Below, piece after piece: positions 26,471 through 38,100 of a stretch of 64,000 bases of DNA. Under the pieces are notes generated by a model. It had not been told where the DNA came from and ran no database searches. It saw only the letters and a list, made by a program, of their open reading frames with translations. Position 1 is the first letter of the stretch. Every line of letters begins with the position of its first letter. This DNA comes from Nemertoderma westbladi (Eukaryota > Animalia > Xenacoelomorpha), in NCBI GenBank assembly GCA_032718475.1, contig JAUCBJ010006528.1:62001-126000 (forward strand), given 5' to 3'. Position numbers and translations under genes: made by a program.

Positions 26471-26660
26471 AAGGCGAGGTAGTGAAATTTGTTGCCGTTA
26501 ATGTACATCTATATGGAGGTCGTGTGTTCGATCCCCGCATAGGGGCCTGGGAAGTTTTCGTTTCGGTACGAATGCTTTAACGGGACTAACTAGGGACTAT
26601 TCTGCCTGGCAATCTTAAATTGTAGTGAAATGAGAACCAGTTTCTACTGGGGAGTATATA
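26471..26660 (+). mobile_element. Degenerate tRNA-derived SINE
   Basis: A-box-like GGCGAGGTAGT (about 26473) and B-box GTTCGATCC (26526-26534). GTGAAATGAGAACCAGTTTCTACTGGG (26625-26651) resembles the GTAAAATGAGTACCAG core of Meta/Nin-type SINE central domains. No full cloverleaf. Confidence 0.5.
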
Positions 26661-26823
26661 TTTGGGGGGATAGTATTATATCATACTACTGTATATAAAG
26701 TATAAGTTACACACCTGGCGCCTATGCGGTAAAATGTTTAAACAATCACTAGGATTTCTAATAAATATTACGCAATTTATTGTAGGCAATTAGAAAACGA
26801 ACGGCCTGTGTTCTACCCAGGGA

Positions 26824-27472
26824 ATGTGGGGCGAGCCACGAAGTGAGCGAAGCCTTAGCATATGGGCGCCATTGACTAGTTGTCTGTTGTCGACGTCGTC
26901 GTCGTCTGTCTTCGTTGTTGTCGTAAATTTTTTAATCGCTAATAACTCGGTCATTCCTTGATGAATTTAAACGAAACTTGGTACGTATGTAGTCCGTCAA
27001 AAGTTTAGAAAGAATCGGAAGTTTGGTAAAAAACGAACGAACGCAACGAGTTTACAGTCGATACGAGTATCCATCTGCTATAAATCTGCAGTTACTCTGA
27101 TATTTTTGAGACTTAGCATAGTTATAAAGGTCGTAATGAAAATAGTAAGGAAAATTATTTTAAGACAAAACAGGACGAGCGAAACGAGGCTAATGAAGGA
27201 GAATAGTATTGTAAAACTAAAAATGTCATACTTAACTTAAATAGCCCTAGTTAGAAGGTTTACAAATGACAGTTAAAGTGTGTAAGGGAAAACTGAAATG
27301 AATCTCTATTTTTACAACTACAGTAGTTTATCACAAACTGATAGCATCGCCTTTACTCATATATATGTTAGGAAAGACATTTTTCGTATATCTAATAGAG
27401 ATTAGTATATAATGTACTTTCTAATTTAGGCTCTCATGCTGCGCGAAGGCCCCACGAACGTGGTACCCATAT
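26824..27472 (+). mobile_element. HINE/Helentron-like non-autonomous element
   Basis: Subterminal inverted repeat GTGGGGC (26826) / GCCCCAC (27449), 3' hairpin CCACG-AA-CGTGG (27452-27463), (GTC)n microsatellite near the 5' end and AAACTTGG core (about 26974). Both ends are shared with the copy at 2561-2833. Confidence 0.7.
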
Positions 27473-27605
27473 TAGATAGATACCCTGCAATTAGTCATGC
27501 CTGATTCAATTAATCCATGAATTTACACAGTGCAATTTCAGAATATACGAAGATATCGGCATTCTACAGTTGGCATAACCTACGCTAATCTGATTTACAA
27601 TGCAT

Positions 27606-27710
27606 TGTGGGGCGAGCCACGAAGTGAGGGAGCCTTAGCATTTAGCGTCGTCGTCGACAGACAACTCGTTAATGGGGCCCCCATATGCTAAGGCTTCATA
27701 TCGTGGTGCC
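27606..27710. mobile_element. Rearranged fold-back fragment of the same HINE-like 5' end
   Basis: 27606-27641 is a direct copy of 26825-26861. 27646-27697 is an inverted copy of about 26849-26900. Confidence 0.75.
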
Positions 27711-28274
27711 GATATATAACTGTAGAACGGTAGGCCTGTAACTCACCTTCAAAAGTAATTGCGAAAAACATTAAAAACGACAAATAATATGACAATTCCA
27801 TATTACTTATTGTCCCGGTAATTGTAAATAAATAATACGTTCAATAATAATTTACAATAATGATATAAATAAGTTTAATTACCGGTATCTAAGAAAGGAG
27901 ATTAGCGGTAGTCAATAATTTGAAAACATTTTAATTAAATAAAATCATAAAAAGCCACTGAATGATCAGCGAATTTGAATTAAAATAATCATAGAGATTG
28001 TTTAACATTGATTAGTAAAATTAATTAGAGTCGATCATCATTGGTTAATAATGCTTGTAGTGGACTAAGTATGGAGGAATCTCATTGGTTGGTTGCCAAC
28101 GATAGACATAGGAATATGGAGAATCAGAAACAAGAAAAATATAAGAGTTCCAGACGAGACAAGTTATTTATCCCACCAGGTTATATACAGTAGCTAGCTC
28201 TTACAGTACTTTGACATTCAGACAATATTACATCTTAACTGGAAGTGAAGATGCAAGCTTTATATTTTACTTAA

Positions 28275-28286
28275 GGGGGGGGGGGT

Positions 28287-28322
<36 letters not shown>

Positions 28323-28337
28323 AGGGGGGGGGGGGGG
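28275..28337. repeat. Poly-G tract of about 60 nt
   Basis: Near-pure G run with a few T/A interruptions. Confidence 0.9.
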
Positions 28338-28900
28338 TACCCCCTCAGCTCAAATTTCGTGTTGTATGTCAATATCATTGTTATGTTGTGTTCAGCCAAC
28401 GTGGGGAAGGCCAAAGAGCAACAAAAATTGAAATTTTAAATTTGTTTGTGTCCCTCTAGCGGCGAGTGGCGAAATTAAATATTTCACTAAAAACACTACT
28501 AGTACCTTAATATTTCTCTATTTTTTTTTAAACAAACTTTTTTGGACTCAGCATCATCGTTTCTACTCACTAAAATTATCAATATGGGAGTTTTCGGGGT
28601 CGGTGATTTCATTTCTGATGCCAGTTTTAATGTTTGGTTATATCTAATATGTCTGTCTGACAGCCTGTCTGTCTGTCTGTCTTCTAAATTTCGACGGACA
28701 AACTGATAGACGGAAAGACAGGATAACTCGAGAACTAAAAAAGATATCGCCAAACCGTTACAAGATTTGAACTCCCCATTAAATTCTGCATCAGTTGAAA
28801 TAGAAAACCAAAAGTGTGAAAATTGTACCCAAGGAGGGGGTACCCCACCCCCCTTAGCTGTGTTATTTTTATCTATATTATTCGGCTTGACCGCGGTGCG
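28334..28900 (-). mobile_element. DINE/HINE-like non-autonomous element (different family)
   Basis: (TGTC)n/(GACA)n microsatellite at 28650-28681, GATAACTCGAGAA and TTTTCGGGGTC motifs familiar from such elements, and repeated GGGGTACCCC blocks at 28334 and 28837. Confidence 0.5.
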
Positions 28901-29100
28901 CCTGATGAACTGAAAGAAATGCAACATAATAAACGTACAACTAGTCGCAAAAACGCTATTTATTCTCATATTAATGGTGGATTGTAGTATTATTGGGACC
29001 TCCTCTTATTGGGAAACTTTATCACGATTCATATTTATAATTTAATGAGTTTGACTATGTTATTTGAGCACGTCCTTAGCGAACTCTCAGAATCACTAGA

Positions 29101-32100
29101 AGGAGCCCAACGGCCCCTCAGTTTATTAGAACAGGCTGATTCTAGAGTTGTAATAGCGAGGAGCCCAACGGCCCCTCAGTTCATTAGAACAGGCTGCTTC
29201 TAGAGTTGTACTAGCGGGGAGCCCAACGGCCCCTCAGTTTATTAGAACAGGCTGTTTCTAGAGTTGTAATAGCGAGGAGCCCAACGGCCCCTCAGTTCAT
29301 TAGAACAGGCTGCTTCTAGAGTTGTAATAGCGAGGAGCCCAACGGCCCCTCAGTTCATTAGAACAGGCTGCTTCTAGAGTTGTACTAGCGGTGAGCGGGG
29401 AGCCCAACGGCCCCTCAGTTCATTAGAACAGGCTGCTTCTAGAGTTGTACTAGCGGCGAGCCCAACGGCCCCTCAGTTCATTAGAACAGGCTGCTTCTAG
29501 TGTTGTACTAGCGGGGAGCGGGGAGCCCAACGTCCCCTCAGTTCATTAGAACAGGCTGCTTCTAGAGTTGTACTAGCGGTGAGCGGGGAGCCCAACGGCC
29601 CCTCAGTTCATTAGAACAGGCTGCTTCTAGAGTTGTACTAGCGGTGAGCGGGGAGCCCAACGGCCCCTCAGTTCATTAGAACAGGCTGCTTCTAGAGTTG
29701 TACTAGCGGTGAGCGGGGAGCCCAACGGCCCCTCAGTTCATTAGAACAGGCTGCTTCTAGAGTTGTACTAGCGGTGAGCCCAACGGCCCCTCAGTTCATT
29801 AGAACAGGCTGCTTCTAGTGTTGTACTAGCGGTGAGCGGGGAGCCCAACGGCCCCTCAGTTCATTAGAACAGGCTGCTTCTAGAGTTGTACTAGCGGTGG
29901 AGCCCAACGGCCCCTCAGTTCATTAGAACAGGCTGCTTCTAGAGTTGTACTAGCGGTGAGCGGGGAGCCCAACGGCCCCTCAGTTCATTAGAACAGGCTG
30001 CTTCTAGAGTTGTACTAGTGGGGAGCCCAACGGCCCCTCAGTTCATTAGAACAGGCTGCTTCTAGAGTTGTACTAGCGGTGAGCGGGGAGCCCAACGGCC
30101 CCTCAGTTCATTAGAACAGGCTGCTTCTAGAGTTGTACTAGCGGTGAGCGGGGAGCCCAACGGCCCCTCAGTTCATTAGAACAGGCTGCTTCTAGAGTTG
30201 TACTAGCGGCGAGCCCAACGGCCCCTCAGTTCATTAGAACAGGCTGCTTCTAGTGTTGTACTAGCGGGGAGCGGGGAGCCCAACGTCCCCTCAGTTCATT
30301 AGAACAGGCTGCTTCTAGAGTTGTACTAGCGGTGAGCGGGGAGCCCAACGGCCCCTCAGTTCATTAGAACAGGCTGCTTCTAGAGTTGTACTAGCGGTGA
30401 GCGGGGAGCCCAACGGCCCCTCAGTTCATTAGAACAGGCTGCTTCTAGAGTTGTACTAGCGGTGAGCGGGGAGCCCAACGGCCCCTCAGTTCATTAGAAC
30501 AGGCTGCTTCTAGAGTTGTACTAGCGGTGAGCCCAACGGCCCCTCAGTTCATTAGAACAGGCTGCTTCTAGTGTTGTACTAGCGGGGAGCGGGGAGCCCA
30601 ACGTCCCCTCAGTTCATTAGAACAGGCTGCTTCTAGAGTTGTACTAGCGGTGAGCGGGGAGCCCAACGGCCCCTCAGTTCATTAGAACAGGCTGCTTCTA
30701 GAGTTGTACTAGCGGTGAGCCCAACGGCCCCTCAGTTCATTAGAACAGGCTGCTTCTAGAGTTGTACTAGCGGTGAGCGGGGAGCCCAACGGCCCCTCAG
30801 TTCATTAGAACAGGCTGCTTCTAGAGTTGTAATAGCGAGGAGCCCAACGGCCCCTCAGTTCATTAGAACAGGCTGCTTCTAGAGTTGTACTAGCGGTGAG
30901 CGGGGAGCCCAACGGCCCCTCAGTTCATTAGAACAGGCTGCTTCTAGAGTTGTACTAGCGGCGAGCCCAACGGCCCCTCAGTTCATTAGAACAGGCTGCT
31001 TCTAGTGTTGTACTAGCGGGGAGCGGGGAGCCCAACGTCCCCTCAGTTCATTAGAACAGGCTGCTTCTAGAGTTGTACTAGCGGTGAGCGGGGAGCCCAA
31101 CGGCCCCTCAGTTCATTAGAACAGGCTGCTTCTAGAGTTGTACTAGCGGTGAGCGGGGAGCCCAACGGCCCCTCAGTTCATTAGAACAGGCTGCTTCTAG
31201 AGTTGTACTAGCGGTGAGCGGGGAGCCCAACGGCCCCTCAGTTCATTAGAACAGGCTGCTTCTAGAGTTGTACTAGCGGTGAGCCCAACGGCCCCTCAGT
31301 TCATTAGAACAGGCTGCTTCTAGTGTTGTACTAGCGGGGAGCGGGGAGCCCAACGTCCCCTCAGTTCATTAGAACAGGCTGCTTCTAGAGTTGTACTAGC
31401 GGTGAGCAGGGAGCCCAACGGCCCCTCAGTTCATTAGAACAGGCTGCTTCTAGAGTTGTACTAGCGGTGAGCCCAACGGCCCCTCAGTTCATTAGAACAG
31501 GCTGCTTCTAGAGTTGTACTAGCGGTGAGCGGGGAGCCCAACGGCCCCTCAGTTCATTAGAACAGGCTGCTTCTAGAGTTGTAATAGCGAGGAGCCCAAC
31601 GGCCCCTCAGTTCATTAGAACAGGCTGCTTCTAGAGTTGTACTAGCGGTGAGCGGGGAGCCCAACGGCCCCTCAGTTCATTAGAACAGGCTGCTTCTAGA
31701 GTTGTACTAGCGGCGAGCCCAACGGCCCCTCAGTTCATTAGAACAGGCTGCTTCTAGTGTTGTACTAGCGGGGAGCGGGGAGCCCAACGTCCCCTCAGTT
31801 CATTAGAACAGGCTGCTTCTAGAGTTGTACTAGCGGTGAGCGGGGAGCCCAACGGCCCCTCAGTTCATTAGAACAGGCTGCTTCTAGAGTTGTACTAGCG
31901 GTGAGCGGGGAGCCCAACGGCCCCTCAGTTCATTAGAACAGGCTGCTTCTAGAGTTGTACTAGCGGTGAGCGGGGAGCCCAACGGCCCCTCAGTTCATTA
32001 GAACAGGCTGCTTCTAGAGTTGTACTAGCGGTGAGCCCAACGGCCCCTCAGTTCATTAGAACAGGCTGCTTCTAGTGTTGTACTAGCGGGGAGCGGGGAG

Positions 32101-35100
32101 CCCAACGTCCCCTCAGTTCATTAGAACAGGCTGCTTCTAGAGTTGTACTAGCGGTGAGCGGGGAGCCCAACGGCCCCTCAGTTCATTAGAACAGGCTGCT
32201 TCTAGAGTTGTACTAGCGGTGAGCCCAACGGCCCCTCAGTTCATTAGAACAGGCTGCTTCTAGAGTTGTACTAGCGGTGAGCGGGGAGCCCAACGGCCCC
32301 TCAGTTCATTAGAACAGGCTGCTTCTAGAGTTGTACTAGTGGGGAGCCCAACGGCCCCTCAGTTCATTAGAACAGGCTGCTTCTAGAGTTGTACTAGCGG
32401 TGAGCGGGGAGCCCAACGGCCCCTCAGTTCATTAGAACAGGCTGCTTCTAGAGTTGTACTAGCGGTGAGCGGGGAGCCCAACGGCCCCTCAGTTCATTAG
32501 AACAGGCTGCTTCTAGAGTTGTACTAGCGGCGAGCCCAACGGCCCCTCAGTTCATTAGAACAGGCTGCTTCTAGTGTTGTACTAGCGGGGAGCGGGGAGC
32601 CCAACGTCCCCTCAGTTCATTAGAACAGGCTGCTTCTAGAGTTGTACTAGCGGTGAGCGGGGAGCCCAACGGCCCCTCAGTTCATTAGAACAGGCTGCTT
32701 CTAGAGTTGTACTAGCGGTGAGCGGGGAGCCCAACGGCCCCTCAGTTCATTAGAACAGGCTGCTTCTAGAGTTGTACTAGCGGTGAGCGGGGAGCCCAAC
32801 GGCCCCTCAGTTCATTAGAACAGGCTGCTTCTAGAGTTGTACTAGCGGTGAGCCCAACGGCCCCTCAGTTCATTAGAACAGGCTGCTTCTAGTGTTGTAC
32901 TAGCGGGGAGCGGGGAGCCCAACGTCCCCTCAGTTCATTAGAACAGGCTGCTTCTAGAGTTGTACTAGCGGTGAGCGGGGAGCCCAACGGCCCCTCAGTT
33001 CATTAGAACAGGCTGCTTCTAGAGTTGTACTAGCGGTGAGCCCAACGGCCCCTCAGTTCATTAGAACAGGCTGCTTCTAGAGTTGTACTAGCGGTGAGCG
33101 GGGAGCCCAACGGCCCCTCAGTTCATTAGAACAGGCTGCTTCTAGAGTTGTACTAGCGGTGAGCCCAACGGCCCCTCAGTTCATTAGAACAGGCTGCTTC
33201 TAGTGTTGTACTAGCGGGGAGCGGGGAGCCCAACGTCCCCTCAGTTCATTAGAACAGGCTGCTTCTAGAGTTGTACTAGCGGTGAGCGGGGAGCCCAACG
33301 GCCCCTCAGTTCATTAGAACAGGCTGCTTCTAGAGTTGTACTATCGGTGAGCTGGGAGCCCAACGGCCCCTCAGTTCATTAGAACAGGCTGCTTCTAGAG
33401 TTGTACTAGCGGTGAGCGGGGAGCCCAACGGCCCCTCAGTTCATTAGAACAGGCTGCTTCTAGAGTTGTACTAGCGGGGAGCGGGGAGCCCAACGTCCCC
33501 TCAGTTCATTAGAACAGGCTGCTTCTAGAGTTTTACTATCGGTGAGCTGGGAGCCCAACGGCCCCTCAGTTCATTAGAACAGGCTGCTTCTAGAGTTGTA
33601 CTAGCGGTGAGCGGGGAGCCCAACGGCCCCTCAGTTCATTAGAACAGGCTGCTTCTAGAGTTGTACTATCGGTGAGCTGGGAGCCCAACGGCCCCTCAGT
33701 TCATTAGAACAGGCTGCTTCTAGAGTTGTACTAGCGGTGAGCGGGGAGCCCAACGGCCCCTCAGTTCATTAGAACAGGCTGCTTCTAGAGTTGTACTAGC
33801 GGTGAGCGGGGAGCCCAACGGCCCCTCAGTTCATTAGAACAGGCTGCTTCTAGAGTTGTACTAGCGGTGAGCGGGGAGCCCAACGGCCCCTCAGTTCATT
33901 AGAACAGGCTGCTTCTAGAGTTGTACTAGCGGTGAGCGGGGAGCCCAACGGCCCCTCAGTTCATTAGAACAGGCTGCTTCTAGAGTTGTACTAGAGGGGA
34001 GCCCAACGGCCCCTCAGTTCATTAGAACAGGCTGCTTCTAGAGTTGTACTAGCGGTGAGCGGGAAGCCCAACGGCCCCTCAGTTCATTAGAACAGGCTGC
34101 TTCTAGAGTTGTACTAGCGGTGAGCGGGGAGCCCAACGGCCCCTCAGTTCATTAGAACAGGCTGCTTCTAGAGTTGTACTAGCGGGGAGCCCAAAGGCCC
34201 CTCAGTTCATTAGAACAGCCTGCTTCTAGAGTTGTACTAGCGGGGAGCGGGGAGCCCAAAGGCCCCTCAGTTCATTAGAACAGGCTGCTTCTAGAGTTGT
34301 ACTAGAGGGGAGCCCAACAGCCCCTCAGTTCATTAGAACAGGCTGCTTCTAGAGTTGTAATACAGGGGAGCCCAACGGCCCCACAGTTCATTAGAACAGG
34401 CTGCTTCTAGAGTTGTACTAGAGGGGAGCGGGGAGCCCAACGGCCCCTCAGTTCATTAGAACAGGATGCTTCTAGAGTTGTACTAGAGGGGAGCCCAACA
34501 GCCCCTCAGTTCATTAGAACAGGCTGCTTCTAGAGTTGTAATACAGGGGAGCCCAACGGCCCCACAGTTCATTAGAACAGGCTGCTTCTAGAGTTGTACT
34601 AGAGGGGAGCGGGGAGCCCAACGGCCCCTCAGTTCATTAGAACAGGCTGCTTCTAGAGTTGTACTAGAGGGGAGCCCAACAGCCCCTCAGTTCATTAGAA
34701 CAGGCTGCTTCTAGAGTTGTAATACAGGGGAGCCCAACGGCCCCACAGTTCATTAGAACAGGCTGCTTCTAGAGTTGTACTAGCGGTGAGCGGGGAGCCC
34801 AACGGGCCCCTCAGTTCATTAGAACAGGCTGCTTCTAGAGTTGTACTAGAGGGGAGCCCAACAGCCCCTCAGTTCATTAGAACAGGCTGCTTCTAGAGTT
34901 GTACTAGCGGGGAGCCCAACGGCCCCTCAGTTCATTAGAACAGGCTGCTTCTAGAGTTGTAATACAGGGGAGCCCAACGGCCCCACAGTTCATTAGAACA
35001 GGCTGCTTCTAGAGTTGTACTAGCGGTGAGCGGGGAGCCCAACGGGCCCCTCAGTTCATTAGAACAGGCTGCTTCTAGAGTTGTACTAGCGGTGAGCGGG

Positions 35101-38100
35101 GAGCCCAACGGCCCCTCAGTTCATTAGAACAGGCTGCTTCTAGAGTTGTACTAGCAGTGAGCGGGGAGCCCAACGGCCCCTCAGTTCATTAGAACAGCCT
35201 GCTTCTAGAGTTGTACTAGCGGGGAGCGGGGAGCCCAAAGGCCCCTCAGTTCATTAGAACAGGCTGCTTCTAGAGTTGTACTAGAGGGGAGCCCAACAGC
35301 CCCTCAGTTCATTAGAACAGGCTGCTTCTAGAGTTGTAATACAGGGGAGCCCAACGGCCCCACAGTTCATTAGAACAGGCTGCTTCTAGAGTTGTACTAG
35401 AGGGGAGCGGGGAGCCCAACGGCCCCTCAGTTCATTAGAACAGGCTGCTTCTAGAGTTGTACTAGAGGGGAGCCCAACAGCCCCTCAGTTCATTAGAACA
35501 GGCTGCTTCTAGAGTTGTAATACAGGGGAGCCCAACGGCCCCACAGTTCATTAGAACAGGCTGCTTCTAGAGTTGTACTAGCGGTGAGCGGGGAGCCCAA
35601 CGGGCCCCTCAGTTCATTAGAACAGGCTGCTTCTAGAGTTGTACTAGAGGGGAGCCCAACAGCCCCTCAGTTCATTAGAACAGGCTGCTTCTAGAGTTGT
35701 ACTAGCGGGGAGCCCAACGGCCCCTCAGTTCATTAGAACAGGCTGCTTCTAGAGTTGTAATACAGGGGAGCCCAACGGCCCCACAGTTCATTAGAACAGG
35801 CTGCTTCTAGAGTTGTACTAGCGGTGAGCGGGGAGCCCAACGGGCCCCTCAGTTCATTAGAACAGGCTGCTTCTAGAGTTGTACTAGCGGTGAGCGGGGA
35901 GCCCAACGGCCCCTCAGTTCATTAGAACAGGCTGCTTCTAGAGTTGTACTAGCGGTGAGCGGGGAGCCCAACGGCCCCTCAGTTCATTAGAACAGGCTGC
36001 TTCTAGAGTTGTACTAGCGGTGAGCGGGGAGCCCAACGGCCCCTCAGTTCATTAGAACAGGCTGCTTCTAGAGTTGTACTAGCGGTGAGCGGGGAGCCCA
36101 ACGGCCCCTCAGTTCATTAGAACAGGCTGCTTCTAGAGTTGTACTAGCGGTGAGCGGGGAGCCCAACGGCCCCTCAGTTCATTAGAACAGGCTGCTTCTA
36201 GAGTTGTACTAGAGGGGAGCCCAACGGCCCCTCAGTTCATTAGAACAGGCTGCTTCTAGAGTTGTACTAGTGGGGAGCCCAACGGCCCCTCAGTTCATTA
36301 GAACAGGCTGCTTCTAGAGTTGTACTAGCGGGGAGCCCAACGGCCCCTCAGTTCATTAGAACAGGCTGCTTCTAGAGTTGTACTAGCGGGGAGCCCAACA
36401 GCCCCTCAGTTCATTAGAACAGGCTGCTTCTAGAGTTGTACTAGCGGTGAGCGGGGAGCCCAACAGCCCCTCAGTTCATTAGAACAGGCTGCTTCTAGAG
36501 TTGTACTAGCGGGGAGCGGGGAGCCAAACGCCCCCTCAGTACATTAGAATAGGCTGCTTCTAGAGTTGTACTAGCGGGGAGCCCAATGGCCCTTCAGTTC
36601 ATTAGAACAGGCTACTTCTAGAGTTGTTCTACCGGGGAGCCCAACGGCCCCTCAGTTCATTAGAACAGGCTGCTTCTAGAGTTGTACTAGCGGGGAGCCC
36701 AATGGCCCCTCCTCAGTTCATTAGAACAGGCTGCTTCTAGAGTTGTACTAGCGGTGATCGGGTAGCCCAACGGCCCCTCAGTTCATTAGAACAGGCTGCT
36801 TCTAGAGTTGTACTAGCGGTGAGCGGGGAGCCAAACGGCCCCTCAGTTCATTAGAACAGGCTGCTTCTAGAGTTGTACTAGCGGTGAGCCCAACGGCCCC
36901 TCAGTTCATTAGAACAGGCTGCTTCTAGAGTTGTACTAGCAGGGAGCGGGGAGCCCAACGGCCCCTCAGTTCATTAGAACAGGCTGCTTCTAGAGTTGTA
37001 CTAGCGGGGAGCCCAACGGCCCCTCAGTTCATTAGAACAGGCTGCTTCTAGAGTTGTACTAGCGGTGTGCCCAACGGCCCCTCAGTTCATTAGAACAGGC
37101 TGCTTCTAGAGTTGTACTAGCGGTGAGCGGGGAGCCCAACGGCCCCTCAGTTCATTAGAACAGGCTGCTTCTAGAGTTGTACTAGAGGGGAGCCCAACGG
37201 CCCCTCAGTTCATTAGAACAGGCTGCTTCTAGAGTTGTACTAGTGGGGAGCCCAACGGCCCCTCAGTTCATTAGAACAGGCTGCTTCTAGAGTTGTACTA
37301 GCGGGGAGCCCAACGGCCCCTCAGTTCATTAGAACAGGCTGCTTCTAGAGTTGTACTAGCGGGGAGCCCAACAGCCCCTCAGTTCATTAGAACAGGCTGC
37401 TTCTAGAGTTGTACTAGCGGTGAGCGGGGAGCCCAACAGCCCCTCAGTTCAATAGAACAGGCTGCTTCTAGAGTTGTACTAGCGGGGAGCGGGGAGCCAA
37501 ACGCCCCCTCAGTACATTAGAATAGGCTGCTTCTAGAGTTGTACTAGCGGGGAGCCCAATGGCCCTTCAGTTCATTAGAACAGGCTACTTCTAGAGTTGT
37601 TCTACCGGGGAGCCCAACGGCCCCTCAGTTCATTAGAACAGGCTGCTTCTAGAGTTGTACTAGCGGGGAGCCCAATGGCCCCTCCTCAGTTCATTAGAAC
37701 AGGCTGCTTCTAGAGTTGTACTAGCGGTGATTGGGTAGCCCAACGGCCCCTCAGTTCATTAGAACAGGCTGCTTCTAGAGTTGTACTAGCGGTGAGCAGG
37801 GAGCCAAACGGCCCCTCAGTTCATTAGAACAGGCTGCTTCTAGAGTTGTACTAGCGGTGAGCCCAACGGCCCCTCAGTTCATTAGAACAGGCTGCTTCTA
37901 GAGTTGTACTAGCAGGGAGCGGGGAGCCCAACGGCCCCTCAGTTCATTAGAACAGGCTGCTTCTAGAGTTGTACTAGCGGGGAGCCCAACGGCCCCTCAG
38001 TTCATTAGAACAGGCTGCTTCTAGAGTTGTACTAGCGGTGAGCGGGGAGCCCAACGGCCCCTCAGTTTATTAGAACAGGCTGCTTCTAGAGTTGTACTAG

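Noticed and set aside
26471-26548. Functional tRNA gene
   Set aside because: A B box is present but there is no acceptor stem or cloverleaf. A SINE head explains it better.
28499-28969. 156-aa ORF as a gene
   Set aside because: It translates a non-coding TE (RQTDR comes from the GACA microsatellite) and has no recognisable domain.
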